A stretch of DNA of 64,000 bases from Malacoraja senta (lineage: Eukaryota), in the NCBI GenBank assembly GCA_038087875.1, contig CM075988.1, positions 9,116,001 to 9,180,000 on the forward strand, written 5' to 3'. The stretch's first letter is position 1. Each line of letters begins with the position of its first letter. Position numbers and translations under genes: made by a program. Shown piece after piece: positions 26,101 to 37,368 of the stretch. The notes beneath the pieces are model-generated. The model was not told the DNA's origin. It saw only the letters and a list, made by a program, of their open reading frames with translations, and did no database searches.

Positions 26101-27664
26101 AATTGATACTTTACTGTCACCAGTCACCATGTATTGGTAGGGAAAACTGCCTCAATTTGATCTGTCAATCACATAGGATCATACCTTTTTTGGTTAGATC
26201 TTTCTAAAAACAGATTAATAGACAATTTAAATATTAGATGGTGTACAGAGCCCCCAAACGTAGGGTATATATTAGGTTTTATAGCACTTTTATAAATACA
26301 GTAATTTGAAATTGCGCACTACACATGAGTGCTAATTCAACCTTGTTGTGATATAAACACATGCTCTCCATCCAACCTTTGGTCAAAAAAGCCTTATCGC
26401 CTGACCAGTAATTTCAATACCCTCTCCCCCGCTGAGACTTGCTTATCATGCTCAATACTGTGGGTTTATATTTGTAGACAGCTCATACCTGGTTAGAACC
26501 TGGAGCTGCTGGGAGAGTAAGTATTTTATTGACATCGTTTATTTATCTCCCAATGGTTCCCTCATCTTTTTGGAACCACAACTTTGATATATTGTGCCAA
26601 CTCTGATCCTATGGCTCTGTATTGGGCTCTAGTCCTCATATGATCCGTTTACTTGAATCTTTGTATGAAATAATCCTCCCCATGGAGGGATGAATTTACA
26701 TCCTGCTTCAGGTATCTCTAGCGCTGGCTCTCCCATAGGCCTACGCATAGCAACCCTTCCAGTTGCTCTCCATGCGGACTCTCCTGTAGGCCCATCATAG
26801 GCAGCCCTCTTTCAGGTGCTGCTGGTGCTGGCTCACCTGTAGGCCAACGCAAATTTCCAGATATAGTTGGCGCTGGCTCTCCTGTAGACCAACGCATCCT
26901 TTAACCAAGCATTTGCTCACACTGGCTCACCTGTAGGCCAGCGCTGAACCGGACTTTCCCAAATACTTCCTACGCTGGCCTCTCTTAGGCCAACATTGAG
27001 CCGGACCTTCTAAAGCACTCCATGCGCTGGCTCTCCTCTAGGCCAACGCTAAACCTGGACCTCCACCAGGCACTCCCTGCACTGGCCCTGTAGGGACAAT
27101 GCTAAACTGGACCTTCCCCAGGCACTTCATACACTGGCTCTTCTCTAGGCCAACACTAAGCCCAGACCTTCCCCAGGCACTTAATATGTTGGCTCTCCTT
27201 TAGGCCAACGCTAAACCTGGACATTCCCCAGGCATTCCCTGCACTGCCTTGCAACTAGGTTTGAAATATAACAAACTAGTTACCTGAATCGGGAATCCTC
27301 CGGTCTGACATCTCTAACGGCCACCTCTATTTCTTAGGCGCTCTAATGGCGCTAAACGGTAACTGTTTAAATTTTTTTTTTAAAGGGCGCCCGCTACTCA
27401 CAGACCCGCGGTCTGTCTGAGTACTCTGCGGTACACCTCTACAAAATTTCTTCATTATGACTTAATTTTCTCCACTACAAGTCTTTTCAAGAAATCAACC
27501 TGAAAAACGTAAGTAAACACTTACCTTCAGGTTTTTTACTTACCGGTTTGGAGGAGCTCACTCCAAACACATCGGCACTCACGCTATGCGTCTGACGATA
27601 TGACGCATGTGCGGCTGGACAGGCTCTTCTGCACGTAGTCACTCACGTGACTCTGAAGTAAAAT
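23194..27664 (-). mobile_element. DIRS1-type tyrosine recombinase retrotransposon, full-length, ORFs decayed (copy A)
   Basis: Left terminus about 27600-27664, right terminus 23194-23303, ICR 23416-23528 complementary to both ends. Minus-strand remnants of RT (KDGGCRII, about 25690), RNase H (CGGTW, about 25355), MT (VPDW...PWY, about 24800) and YR (IEHILVAAG, about 23800). Confidence 0.92.
26722..27247. repeat. Degenerate ~52-bp tandem array (about 10 units) inside DIRS copy A
   Basis: Core ctggctctcctgtaggccaacgc recurs at about 26724, 26776, 26828, 26873, 26922, 26975, 27027, 27082, 27134 and 27189. Confidence 0.85.
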
Positions 27665-27758
27665 TAACCTTTACTCAGACTGTCCTAAACTCATCTCTAA
27701 TATTTAAATGTACAGGATGATTGGTGAGAAAATTGACAAGTGCCACATATTGACAAGT

Positions 27759-28122
27759 GACGACAGATGGCGCAATGGGCTAAGTGTTCGGCTGGCAACC
27801 GGAAGGTAGCCGGTTCGAATCCCGCTTGGAGTGCATACTGTCGTTGTGTCCTTGGGCAAGACACTTAACCCACCTTTGCCTGCGTGTGAATGTGTGTGAA
27901 TGTGTGTGAATGTGTGTGAGTGATTGGTGGTGGTCGGAGGGGCCGTAGGCGCAGATTAGCAGCCACGCTTCCGTCAGTCTGCCCCAGGGCAGCTGTGGCT
28001 ACAGAAGTAGCTCACCACCACCGAGTGTGACTGAGGAGTGAATGAATAATGCGATGTAAAGCGCCTTGAGTATTAGAAAGGCGCTATATAAATCCCATCC
28101 ATTATTATTATTATTATTATAT
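27759..28122 (+). mobile_element. AFC-like tRNA-derived CORE-SINE with L2-type tail
   Basis: A box tggcgcaatgg, B box ggttcgaatcc, CORE-like tgtgtccttgggcaagacacttaacc, gccccagggcagctgtggctac, tail stem-loop gcgcctt...aaggcgc, then (att)n. Confidence 0.8.
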
Positions 28123-28649
28123 TCATTTCTGAATAGGACATCTTAAAGCTTGAAATGATGTGTTTTGTTTCTAAAAAGGAGCTCTCCCTCTCTCCCTCTC
28201 CCTCTCTCCCTCTCTCTCTTCCTTTCAGACCATCGACAGTTAAGGACTTCATGTAATATATCAGGCAGGAACTGCTTGCTAAACCTTTTTCCATACCTTC
28301 TCGTTCCTTATCTCTATAATCTCCAAACTTACAGGATTCCTGTTCCCTTCCTATTCTGACCTCTTGCTAATCCATCATTTTTCTTTCCCCACAGTTGACA
28401 TCCAATCTTTTAGTGACCTAGACCTAAGCATTGGAATTTCCTTCTTAACTCACTCCAGTTCGTTATGGGTTATTTAAAGCCTGCAGCATTGATTTAATTT
28501 TTGTTACCTGTTCAAATAATCCTTTTTGTGGAGGCACTAAGCCGCAGATGCTGTAATCTCAGAAAACAACAAAGTGCTAGAGGAACTCAATGGGGCAGTG
28601 GTATCTCCGTTCAAAGAAATATCCCAAAACATCATCTGTCCATTCCCTT

Positions 28650-29615
28650 TTTCTGTCCTGGGGCTCCTCCATTGCTAAAGTTGTTGTGGTTCACTTTCTC
28701 TTAAACAGACACAAACGCAAATAAAACCAGTAATCAGGTAGTAAAATCTTTATTTCGCCAGGCGGGTGTGGTAACGACTCTTACAGTAAGTAGGTACAGA
28801 CTATACAGAGTAATCCCCACACAAAGGGCCAGTGTTTAAGTACATATATTTATACTTCAATAATCAGCGATTCAGCAATACTTTATCTTACAGAGCATGG
28901 TACCGCTTCTTGCTTCTTAAGATTGATAGCTTCTTAAGGTTGACAGCTTCTTGTGATTGACAGGTTCTTCCGAGAGAGGAAGGGTTAGCCCATATATGGT
29001 TATGATGAGAAGACTATTTTTCTGCAGATCAAGTATCTTGTTATTTTTACTTAAATGACGCACATTATAATCTTATAGAGCAAGGGTAGGAGCAGAGTGT
29101 CCGAACATCCTCTTAATGTTTATATTATAGAGGAGACATTCATGAAGTTGTGCTTGTTATCTCGCTTGTGTTATTGGAAAAGAGCAAAAACATCTTTGTT
29201 AGCCTTGTTAGTTTAATAGGAGCAAGGGTAAGCGTTTTCTGCTGGCTTTGTAATTATATAGGAGAAAGGTGACTTCTAGTTTCAGCTGAATCCATTTTTG
29301 TAACTATTAAATCTTTTAAACTTCCTCAAAGTGAGGCCACATGCAAACTGGAGGAACAGCACCTCATATTCCACTAGGCTAATTTACAGCCTAATGATAT
29401 GAACATTAAGTTCTCCAGTTTTAGGTAACTAGCCTACAAACAACCCCCATCTCAACGTCACTTCCCCGCCCCAATTAGTACCCCCCATTTCCCCTGAGCC
29501 CACTGGATTATCTTACTCTTCTGTCTGAAGAAGGGTCTCAATCTGAATTGTCATCGCTCCATGTTCTCCAGAGATGTTGCCTAACCTGCCGAGTTACTCC
29601 AGCATTTTGTGTCCT
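28650..29615 (+). mobile_element. Penelope-like GIY-YIG and pLTR fragment, interrupted by the solo LTR
   Basis: tctgtcctggggctcctccattgctaaagt|gaggccacatgcaaactggaggaacagcacctcatattc rejoins into the sequence seen at 5005-5075. Confidence 0.8.
28682..29328 (-). mobile_element. Solo LTR (ERV1-like or gypsy-like), 647 bp
   Basis: TG...CA ends with a perfect 4-bp TSD AAGT (28678-28681 and 29329-29332); minus-strand TATAAAT at about 28850 and AATAAA at about 28750; it splits a Penelope GIY-YIG fragment. Confidence 0.85.
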
Positions 29616-30247
29616 TTGATGCCTATAATACTACCAGGCTGGTGTTTAACAAGAAGCACAAAGGTATACATGAATTCTACATTATTATTCTGATCAGTGA
29701 GTCCCGTAAAACAAGCTATAGAAAAGTGTCAGCTTGTAAATTGAATGTAATGCACACACAGTTTCATGGAAAACACCTACAAAATCCTGTCTTGAAACCT
29801 AATTTCACAATTGATAAGAATTTTCTTTGTGTCATAAGGTGCGGTTGCCTGAAAGGCTGCTGGAAGCAGATTCAGTGGAATGGTAGCTTTTGTCAAAGGA
29901 ACTGGATGCCTAGTTCCACAGGGGAATGGAATATAGTGCAGAGTGCTTGGAAAAGAGCTAGAGTTTGGAACTGCGTAGCTTTCAGTTGAATAGAGCAGTT
30001 ACGAAGGGCACAGTGGCCTCTCTCTGCTGTGGAGTCAATGATTCATGCTCATAAACCGTGGGGCTAACTAATCCAATCAAATCTATGGTTTGTCAGAAAC
30101 AAGTTGCATCTTATTGAAGGGAAATGATTCCATCAATGCAGCTTGGCTCCCTTTTCCTCTACCAGAAGCTACTCATTCTCCTGGAAAAAAAGGACACAAA
30201 TTGTCGTGTCAGCCAGCGGGTCAGCCAGAGATGAAAAAACAGAAGAT

Positions 30248-30680
30248 AGACACAAAATGATTAACTCAGCGGGACAGGCAGCATCTCTGGATAGCTTACA
30301 CCACAGTGGTATGAATATTAACTTCTCTAACTTCAAGTAATCTTTGCTTTCCCTCTTTCCCCATTTCTAGTTCTCCGACCAGTCTGACTGTCTCCCTGAT
30401 TAAATGTTATCTCTGTATGCTTCGTTGTCACCTTCTTCTAGCTAGCAGTGATCTATTTTACATTATCCTTGAACTTCATACCCTTTGATGTCTTGTTTTC
30501 ATACCTTACACCTCCTTATCTCTGCGTCTCTCCCCTCCCCTCCCCTGACTCAGTCTGAAGAAGGGTTTTGACCGAAACGTCATCCATTCCTTCTCACCAG
30601 AGATGCTGCCTGTCCCACTGAGTTACTTCAGCATTTTATCTCTATCTTCGGTGTACAGCATCTGCAATTCCTTCCTACAA
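30248..30680 (+). mobile_element. 5'-truncated Penelope-like insertion with inverted 5' pLTR piece and hammerhead motif
   Basis: Perfect flanking repeat atgaaaaaacagaagat (30231-30247 and 30681-30697); SLHHSGMNINFSNFK* end; CTGAAGA...GAAACGTC at 30555-30581. Nested in an older minus-strand Penelope that extends to about 30920. Confidence 0.85.
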
Positions 30681-32667
30681 ATGAAAAAACAGAAGATGTG
30701 AGACAAAAGGATTGAACAGTTGTGAATTGTCAAACCAGAGAAAGGAATGTATTTGGGGAGGAGAGGGGGAGAGAGATAGGTAGGTGTTTGAGTGGGGCAC
30801 AGGGGTGGGGTGTGAGGAAGAAAGGGGGTGTGTAGGAGAAAGGGGAGAGGGAGGGACGGTTTTGGAGGTTACCTAGAATTGGAGAATTCAATGTTCACAC
30901 CATTGAATTGTAAGCTATTGTTCCTTTGACATTTGTGCCAACATTTCACAAGTATTTCAATAGTGCAACATAATTTTCGGTGTCCTGAGTTTATGGCATG
31001 TTATATATAAATGCAGATACATCTTTCCCTTTTAACATTATCCCTAGGGTACTGTGAGTTGAAGTATACTTTAAGATCTAAGTTTGATTTTGGAGTAGAA
31101 TTGTTTTTGATTTGTATTTATGGTGCAAGATGATTTCTAATGAGGGTAATGATAACAGATTAGGAATACAAATAGCTTCTTTCCTTCTATTATCAGGCTC
31201 CTGAAAGGCCATTCCATTAGCTAGGGTACTGTCCAATTTATCTCTGCTCCATTGAGGATATTGACTTTGTCTATAGAACAGACACTGTGCAATTTTGAGA
31301 ACTACACTTTGCACTGTGTGTTCCATTTCGCTCTATCTATTGTACTTGTGTTTGAGTTTGGATAGCACGCAAAACAAAGCTTTTCACTGTACCTCAACGG
31401 GTGACAGTGATAAACCTGAATCTAAACCCAGATCTGAACCTAAGCCCCCATTTAGTTGCTCTATCCACACAACCTTTCAACAACTATTTGCAGCAATCTT
31501 CCTCAGAAATTAATTTCCCGTGACTTCAATGAAGTGGAGAACAGCTCACAGCTAGAACTGCATCATGCATCTAGTGTAAATAATCGGGGACAAATTTTGA
31601 ACCCATTATCTGAAATTAAAGACGACAGACTACCCAAATTGAGTAATCAGGCAACAAATTAGCATCTTCTGTGATATTCCTGCTTTCTGTCAAATATGGA
31701 GCAGCCATGAGCAATGAGGAGTGCAATTTATGCCTGAATTTGAGCTGTGTTGAAGACTAAAGTGCCAGAACTCTGCCCACTTTAACTGTCTTTGTCAGTG
31801 TATTTTGCAAAGAGAAAAATAGCTGAACGCAACTGTCATTTTTACACCTCGTAGTAATAAATCCGTGGGTTTGAATTGTCTCCAAATAGAAACTACTTGT
31901 TAAGTATAATATCTCTGAGAATCTAACAGTACTTCAAAGTATTGCCACCTGGTCATCTTTTTCTTTGTATTTATAGTGCAAGATGATTGCTAATGAGGCC
32001 AATAAAAAAAGATTATAAATGTGTTTTCATTCTATTGAATGTTGGCAGTGGACCATAATCTTGTACAGGCTTAGATATAATCTCTGGAGAAAAAGAATAG
32101 GTGACGTTTCGCGTCAGAACTCTTCTTCAGACCCAAAATGTGATCTATTCCTTCTCTCCATAGATGCTGCCAGACCCACTGAGTTACTCCAGCATTTTGT
32201 GTCTACCTTCGGTATGAACCAGCACCAGCTTTGCTGGGTTTACCTTGCACTAAACATTATTTCCTTATAATGTATCTATGCACTGTAAATGGATCAATTG
32301 TAATCATGTATTGTCTTTCTGCTGACTGGTTAGCACGCAACAAAAGCTTTTCACTGTACCTTGGTACACGTGACAATAAATTGAACTGACCTGCAGTTCC
32401 TTCCTACACATCTTATACAGGCATGTTGTGTTCAAGGCTTCCACCTTCAACTGAAGTTTCCTGATGACAGGAAATTTTCTATATGGAGTTGTCTTAGTGG
32501 TATAGAGTCATACAGCACAATAGAAGAACTAATACACTGCTGAGGAGTTAATGCAAACCAGAAAACCATGGAAGTGCTGCACATAAATGATACAATAATG
32601 CAAGATATTAGGGCAGTAATAATAAAGATTTTCACTTATCCTGACGTTAATTGAAGTACAGAAGTAT

Positions 32668-33045
32668 CACAGAGTAATACAGCACGGAAACAGGCCCCTC
32701 GACCCAACTTTGCCATGCCGACCAATGTGCCCCATCTACGCAAGTCACACGTTTGTCTCATATCATCCTTTCCTATCCATGTACCTGTCCAAATGCCTTT
32801 TAAATATTCTTAAAATACCTGCCTTAACTATCTCCTCTGGCAGCTCGTTGCATACACCCACCACCCTCTGTGTGAACAAGTTGCCCCTGAGGTTCCTATT
32901 AAATCTTTCCCCTCTCACCTTAAACCTATGTCCTCTGGTTCTTGATTCCTCTACAGTGGGTAAAAGACTCTGTGCATTCATCCTTTCTATTCCCCTCATG
33001 ATTTCATAGACTATATAAAATCATGAGAGGAATAGATAGGGTGAT
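32668..33045 (-). mobile_element. CR1 LINE 3' end
   Basis: MRGIERMNAQSLLP...RTRGHRFKVRGERF...FTQRVVGV. Confidence 0.9.
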
Positions 33046-33616
33046 AGATACTTTCATCACTGCCAGCAACGTGTCTCTGTCAAGAGGAGGCAGCAGTGTG
33101 TGAGGAGGAAGGTACCTTAGTATAATGAGATCCAACACATGCAAAGATAGTGTGGTAATCGTTCAGCATATCTTTACTGCCACAGATCAGCATTATACCG
33201 TGCCCTACAGCTCTGTGTGATCACTGGGATTTGGTTATGGCTCATCCTTCACCATGATTGCTCTGGGAAGGGGAAAAGCATTGTGACACAGTGATCAGAA
33301 GAGTTTTAATAGATAGTCCCCATCCAAAACACTTACCAGCTATTGGATGTGTAATATTGGTTGTGAACAACATTTATTGCTTTGAGGTTGAAAATTGGCC
33401 AGAGAGCTGATTTACCACCAGCGCATGATGCCCAAGAGCTTAAGATAGGGAATAAGATCAAGACATTGGAAAGAGCATCCCACAAATGGCTAAGATAAGT
33501 CCGGCTTTATTGTGGCTGCAGAGACCAGCATCAACGACCCCAGAGATGCATAGATGTCCAGTTCACGTGGAGAGCACAAGCTGGTGACTCAATACAGTGC
33601 GTAAAATGGGCAGAAT

Positions 33617-33912
33617 TTGTTTAGTTTTAGTTTAGAGATTCAGGATGGAAACAGGCCCTTTGGCTCATTGGGTTCACGTCAACTATCGATCACCCATACA
33701 CTAGTTCTGTCCTACACACTAGGGGCAATTTACAGAAGCCAATTAACCTACAAATCTGCAAGTCTTTTGAATGTGGGAGAAAACCGGAGAACCCGGAGAA
33801 AACCCACGCGGTCACAGGAGAGAACGTACAATTTCTGCACAGACAGCGCCCGAGGTTAGGATTGAACCTGGCACTGTGAGGCAGCAGCTCTACCGCTGTG
33901 CCACTCTGCCGC
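33617..33912 (-). mobile_element. HE1-type SINE
   Basis: tttagttttagtttagag tail; tRNA-like head at about 33850-33910. Confidence 0.85.
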
Positions 33913-34734
33913 CCCACATGTTTCTTTAAAAAAAAGCAGTGGAACATTTATATAATATTGGTTGTGAAGAATGTTTGTTACTTTAAGACTGTTAAGACTT
34001 CTCTAAGTAGTGCATTATATGACTGTAACACTGCTGTCGGTCGGTTACAGAGAGCAAACAGATTCTGAAAGTGGGGGGGGAGGGAGGGGGCTAGCATTGA
34101 AAATGTCCTCTGGGGCTTCTCCCAACCAACTGCTATAATCTTGCAGAAGATTGTCAGAAGTCCTATTAATTCATCTGCTGAGGTATCACCGATCTGCTTT
34201 TGAGGTAATGGTGGCCATTTGAGAAAGTCCCCGATAAATTCCTTGCAATTATTTGGACATGCGTTTGTTGTTTGCGCAAAATGACCATGTGCAAATCGGG
34301 TATAATATTTGCATTTGCAACACTAGTGATGGCATATCAAAGGTAATGCTTTTGGAATGATAAATTCTTTCATTACCATCAGTTACCTAGCAACAATTTT
34401 GCATTAGAATAGTGGCGATGTAATGAATGTTGATTTGACACCAGCACACCAATACTGCCATCTGGAGTAATTCTGCGGTGTAGCAGGCAATTGGAAAATA
34501 CTTTCAATATTAATCTGACGAATTTACTAATTTACAACTATTGGGTCAGGGGTCGGTCATTCATTCCCCACGGCCTCTTGTCATTACATTGGCCATTACC
34601 TTCATTTCCCCTCCTTTTTATATCATTCAATGCACTCAATGGACGGAGATCAATTGCTCACTGCTTTAAAAGCTTCATTTGATTTCCTGCAATCATGTTT
34701 TGTGTGGTAGAGAATTCCAGATTTCAAAAAGGAT

Positions 34735-35480
34735 AAGTGAGTGGGTGATCTTGTAAATGGAGTATGATATGTGAAAATGTGAAATTGCCCACTTTGGCAG
34801 GGAAATCAAAATTATATTAAAGATAGACACAAAATGCTGGAGTAACTCAGCGGGACAGGCAGCGTCTCTGGAGAGAAGGAATAGGTGACGTTCCGGGTCG
34901 AGATCCTTCTTCAGATTGTGTCTATCTTGGATTTAAACCAGCATCTGCAGTTCCATCCTACACATTAAAAATATATTATCTGTACGGTGAGATATTGTAG
35001 AGTTCTAAGTTGGAGAGAGAGAGATCTGGGGGGGCCAACAGGACATCAGTGTGCAGCTAATGCAGGTATTGGGAGAACTAACAGAATATCATGTTATTAT
35101 GAGGGCAGTGAGTGCAGAAATAAGGAGATTTTGCTTCCATTATCTGTTACGATCACAGATGGAAGCACTGTTAAGCTGTTCAAAGAAGGTTTATTCCTAA
35201 TACCTGGAATGGGTGGGTAATCTTATATGGGAAAGTAAGTGACAATTGAAATATATGAGATCCTGAAAAGTCTTAGCATAGGATATGGAGAGGATAATCA
35301 TATTTATGGGAGAATCTGGAACTGGCAATTACTGTTAAAACTAAAAGGGTCAACTGGCTGAGGATTTTTTTAAATCTCCGAGTGCTTTGAAGATTTTGAA
35401 CTCATCCATGCCCAATGCAAGCTGACTCTTGGATTATGTTTATGGCAGAGGTGGAAAGATACTTGCTAAGAAAAGGATAA
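34735..35480 (+). mobile_element. Old CR1 fragment split by a Penelope hairpin (34820-34962)
   Basis: Degenerate ERDLG...RNKEILLPL; typical pLTR arms in the insert. Confidence 0.55.
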
Positions 35481-35649
35481 AAATCCCACCTAACCAGTCC
35501 ATTGATATTGTACTGCAGTCCATAGCTCTCTTCCCTGTTATGGCCATTTTTCTGTATATTTAAACAAAATCATTGTTGTTTATCATTAATAAGCACAATG
35601 ATTCAATCAACATGATTTTAAAAGATGTGAAATGTTTTTTGCAATTGAA

Positions 35650-36100
35650 TTGGAGTCATAGTGTGGAAACAGGACCTTTGGCCCAACTTGCCCACACTGG
35701 CCATCATGTCCCAGCTACATTAGTCCTACCAGTCTGCGTTTGGCCCATATCCCTCCAAACTGTCAAGTCACTTTTATTTATATATATAGCACATTTAAAA
35801 AACAACTCTCGTTGGCCAAAGTGCTTTACATTGGTGGAGGTACTAACGTTATACAACAGTGGTTCATAGATTAAGTATATACATAAATACATACATATAG
35901 CCCTCACTCAGAGGACGTCAAGAGAGGCTTGAGAGTAAAGATGCCCTTTCCATGTACCTGTTTCTTAAACGTTTGGATAGTCCCGACCTCAACTACCTCC
36001 TCTGGCAGCTCGTTCCATACACCCACCACCCTTTGTGTGAAAAAGTTACTCCTCAGTTTCCTATAAAATCTTTTCCCCTTCACCTTAAACCTTCGTCCTC
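35650..36100 (-). mobile_element. CR1 3' end with nested L2 3' tail (about 35762-35943)
   Basis: Insert atagcacatttaaaaaacaactc..gttggccaaagtgctttaca matches the L2 tail at 51393-51437. Confidence 0.7.
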
Positions 36101-36184
36101 TGAATTGAACCTTTTGATTTTGTGCGCGCTAAACTGACTGCGGGGTTACATCATTAAATAATAAAATCTAAATGTTTTTTGCAG

Positions 36185-36255
36185 CTCCTGAAGACGGAGG
36201 GAAAGCATCTGAGGAGGTAGAAGGCGAGTCAGAGGCGGCCGCGCCTGAACAGTGA
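36185..36255 (+). CDS. Candidate terminal coding exon of an unidentified host gene (xPEDGGKASEEVEGESEAAAPEQ*)
   Basis: Acceptor tgttttttgcag, then a GC/CpG-rich purine-rich phase-1 frame ending in TGA, followed by about 800 bp of repeat-free UTR-like sequence. No homology recognised. Confidence 0.4.
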
Positions 36256-37158
36256 AGCAGTGATCATTCGCCTTGTCAATACGTCCTGTCAGCCTCGGAA
36301 CAATGTTGTGCAGGATTAAATCAATGCTATCTTTCCAATTTGTACTCCATGCAAGGTGTTACTTCGTTCTTATGTATTACTTTGTACATTTCCACCTGCC
36401 AGCAGACACAGTGGTCCCTCTCTATCTTATTTCTTCTTCTGTAACCCATTCCTTTATTTCTTCCCTCTCCTTTTTTGCATCTTTTGCCCTCCCTTCCTTC
36501 TTTTCAAGGAGGCAATATTCCACAGCTTCTTTTCTGCTTTGCACACAAAGGTAATAAGTGGAGGTTGGAGTGTATCCATGAGTCTGTGCGCTATTTCCAT
36601 ATTGCATTGGGCCAGGGGTTTGAAGCATTTTATACTTTGCCATTATTATTGGATTTGTTTAACTCCCAGATGATATTGCAGAGAGCACAATCAAGATAGG
36701 ATCAGTGTTGGTAAGCCCTTGCCCATGAACAGTAATGACCAGCTTCACTCCATCAGCATCTCTGATCTGAAGATTCACAGCTGAGTCTGATTGTCAGGTG
36801 GAAATTTCAATTGTACCATCCAACATTTTCTCTCCTACCAGTCTTCAGATGATTTATGACTTTTGTTTTAAACAGGAGGAAGATATGATTGCCATAGATC
36901 AACAGAAGTGAGCGTAGATGCATGCTGCATGTTAAGGAATTTTCAGTACATAATTTGCTGTACACTGGGTAATGACTTAAGGAAGCAAACTACCATCAAC
37001 ACCCCAATCGACAAATGAGTATCAAGGAGAGGTAGAAAAATCCACAAACAACCCAATCTAGATGGCTTGACCTTCACGGCTGTACACTTGGGAGACATAA
37101 AGAAAATTGCTGGAATTTGAGTCAACTGGACGGGCTTTGTAGAAAAGAAAGAGCCTAA

Positions 37159-37368
37159 AGGGCCTGTCCCATTTGGGCATCATTTGCGCTTCATTTACGC
37201 GACATCATTTACGCGTCATGGCGCATGGTGCGCATTGTGCGTGCATGGTGCGTGGTGACGTTGGCAGTGACACGCGGTCGCGCGCGGCGCCCCAGGATTT
37301 TGGGATGTACAAAATCATCGTGCGCCATCTGCGTGATGCGCAAATGACGCCCAAGTGGGACAGGCCCT
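37159..37368. mobile_element. PIF/Harbinger-type MITE (210 bp)
   Basis: TIRs agggcctgtcccatttgggcatcatttgcg / cgcaaatgacgcccaagtgggacaggccct; TAA/TTA flanks. Confidence 0.88.

Noticed and set aside
26722..27247. CRISPR-like repeat/spacer array
   Set aside because: The repeats are degenerate, the spacers are related to each other, there are no cas genes, and it lies inside a eukaryotic retrotransposon.
27766..27830. tRNA gene (also the HE1 heads)
   Set aside because: A and B boxes are present, but the sequence runs into a SINE body and tail and I see no complete cloverleaf.
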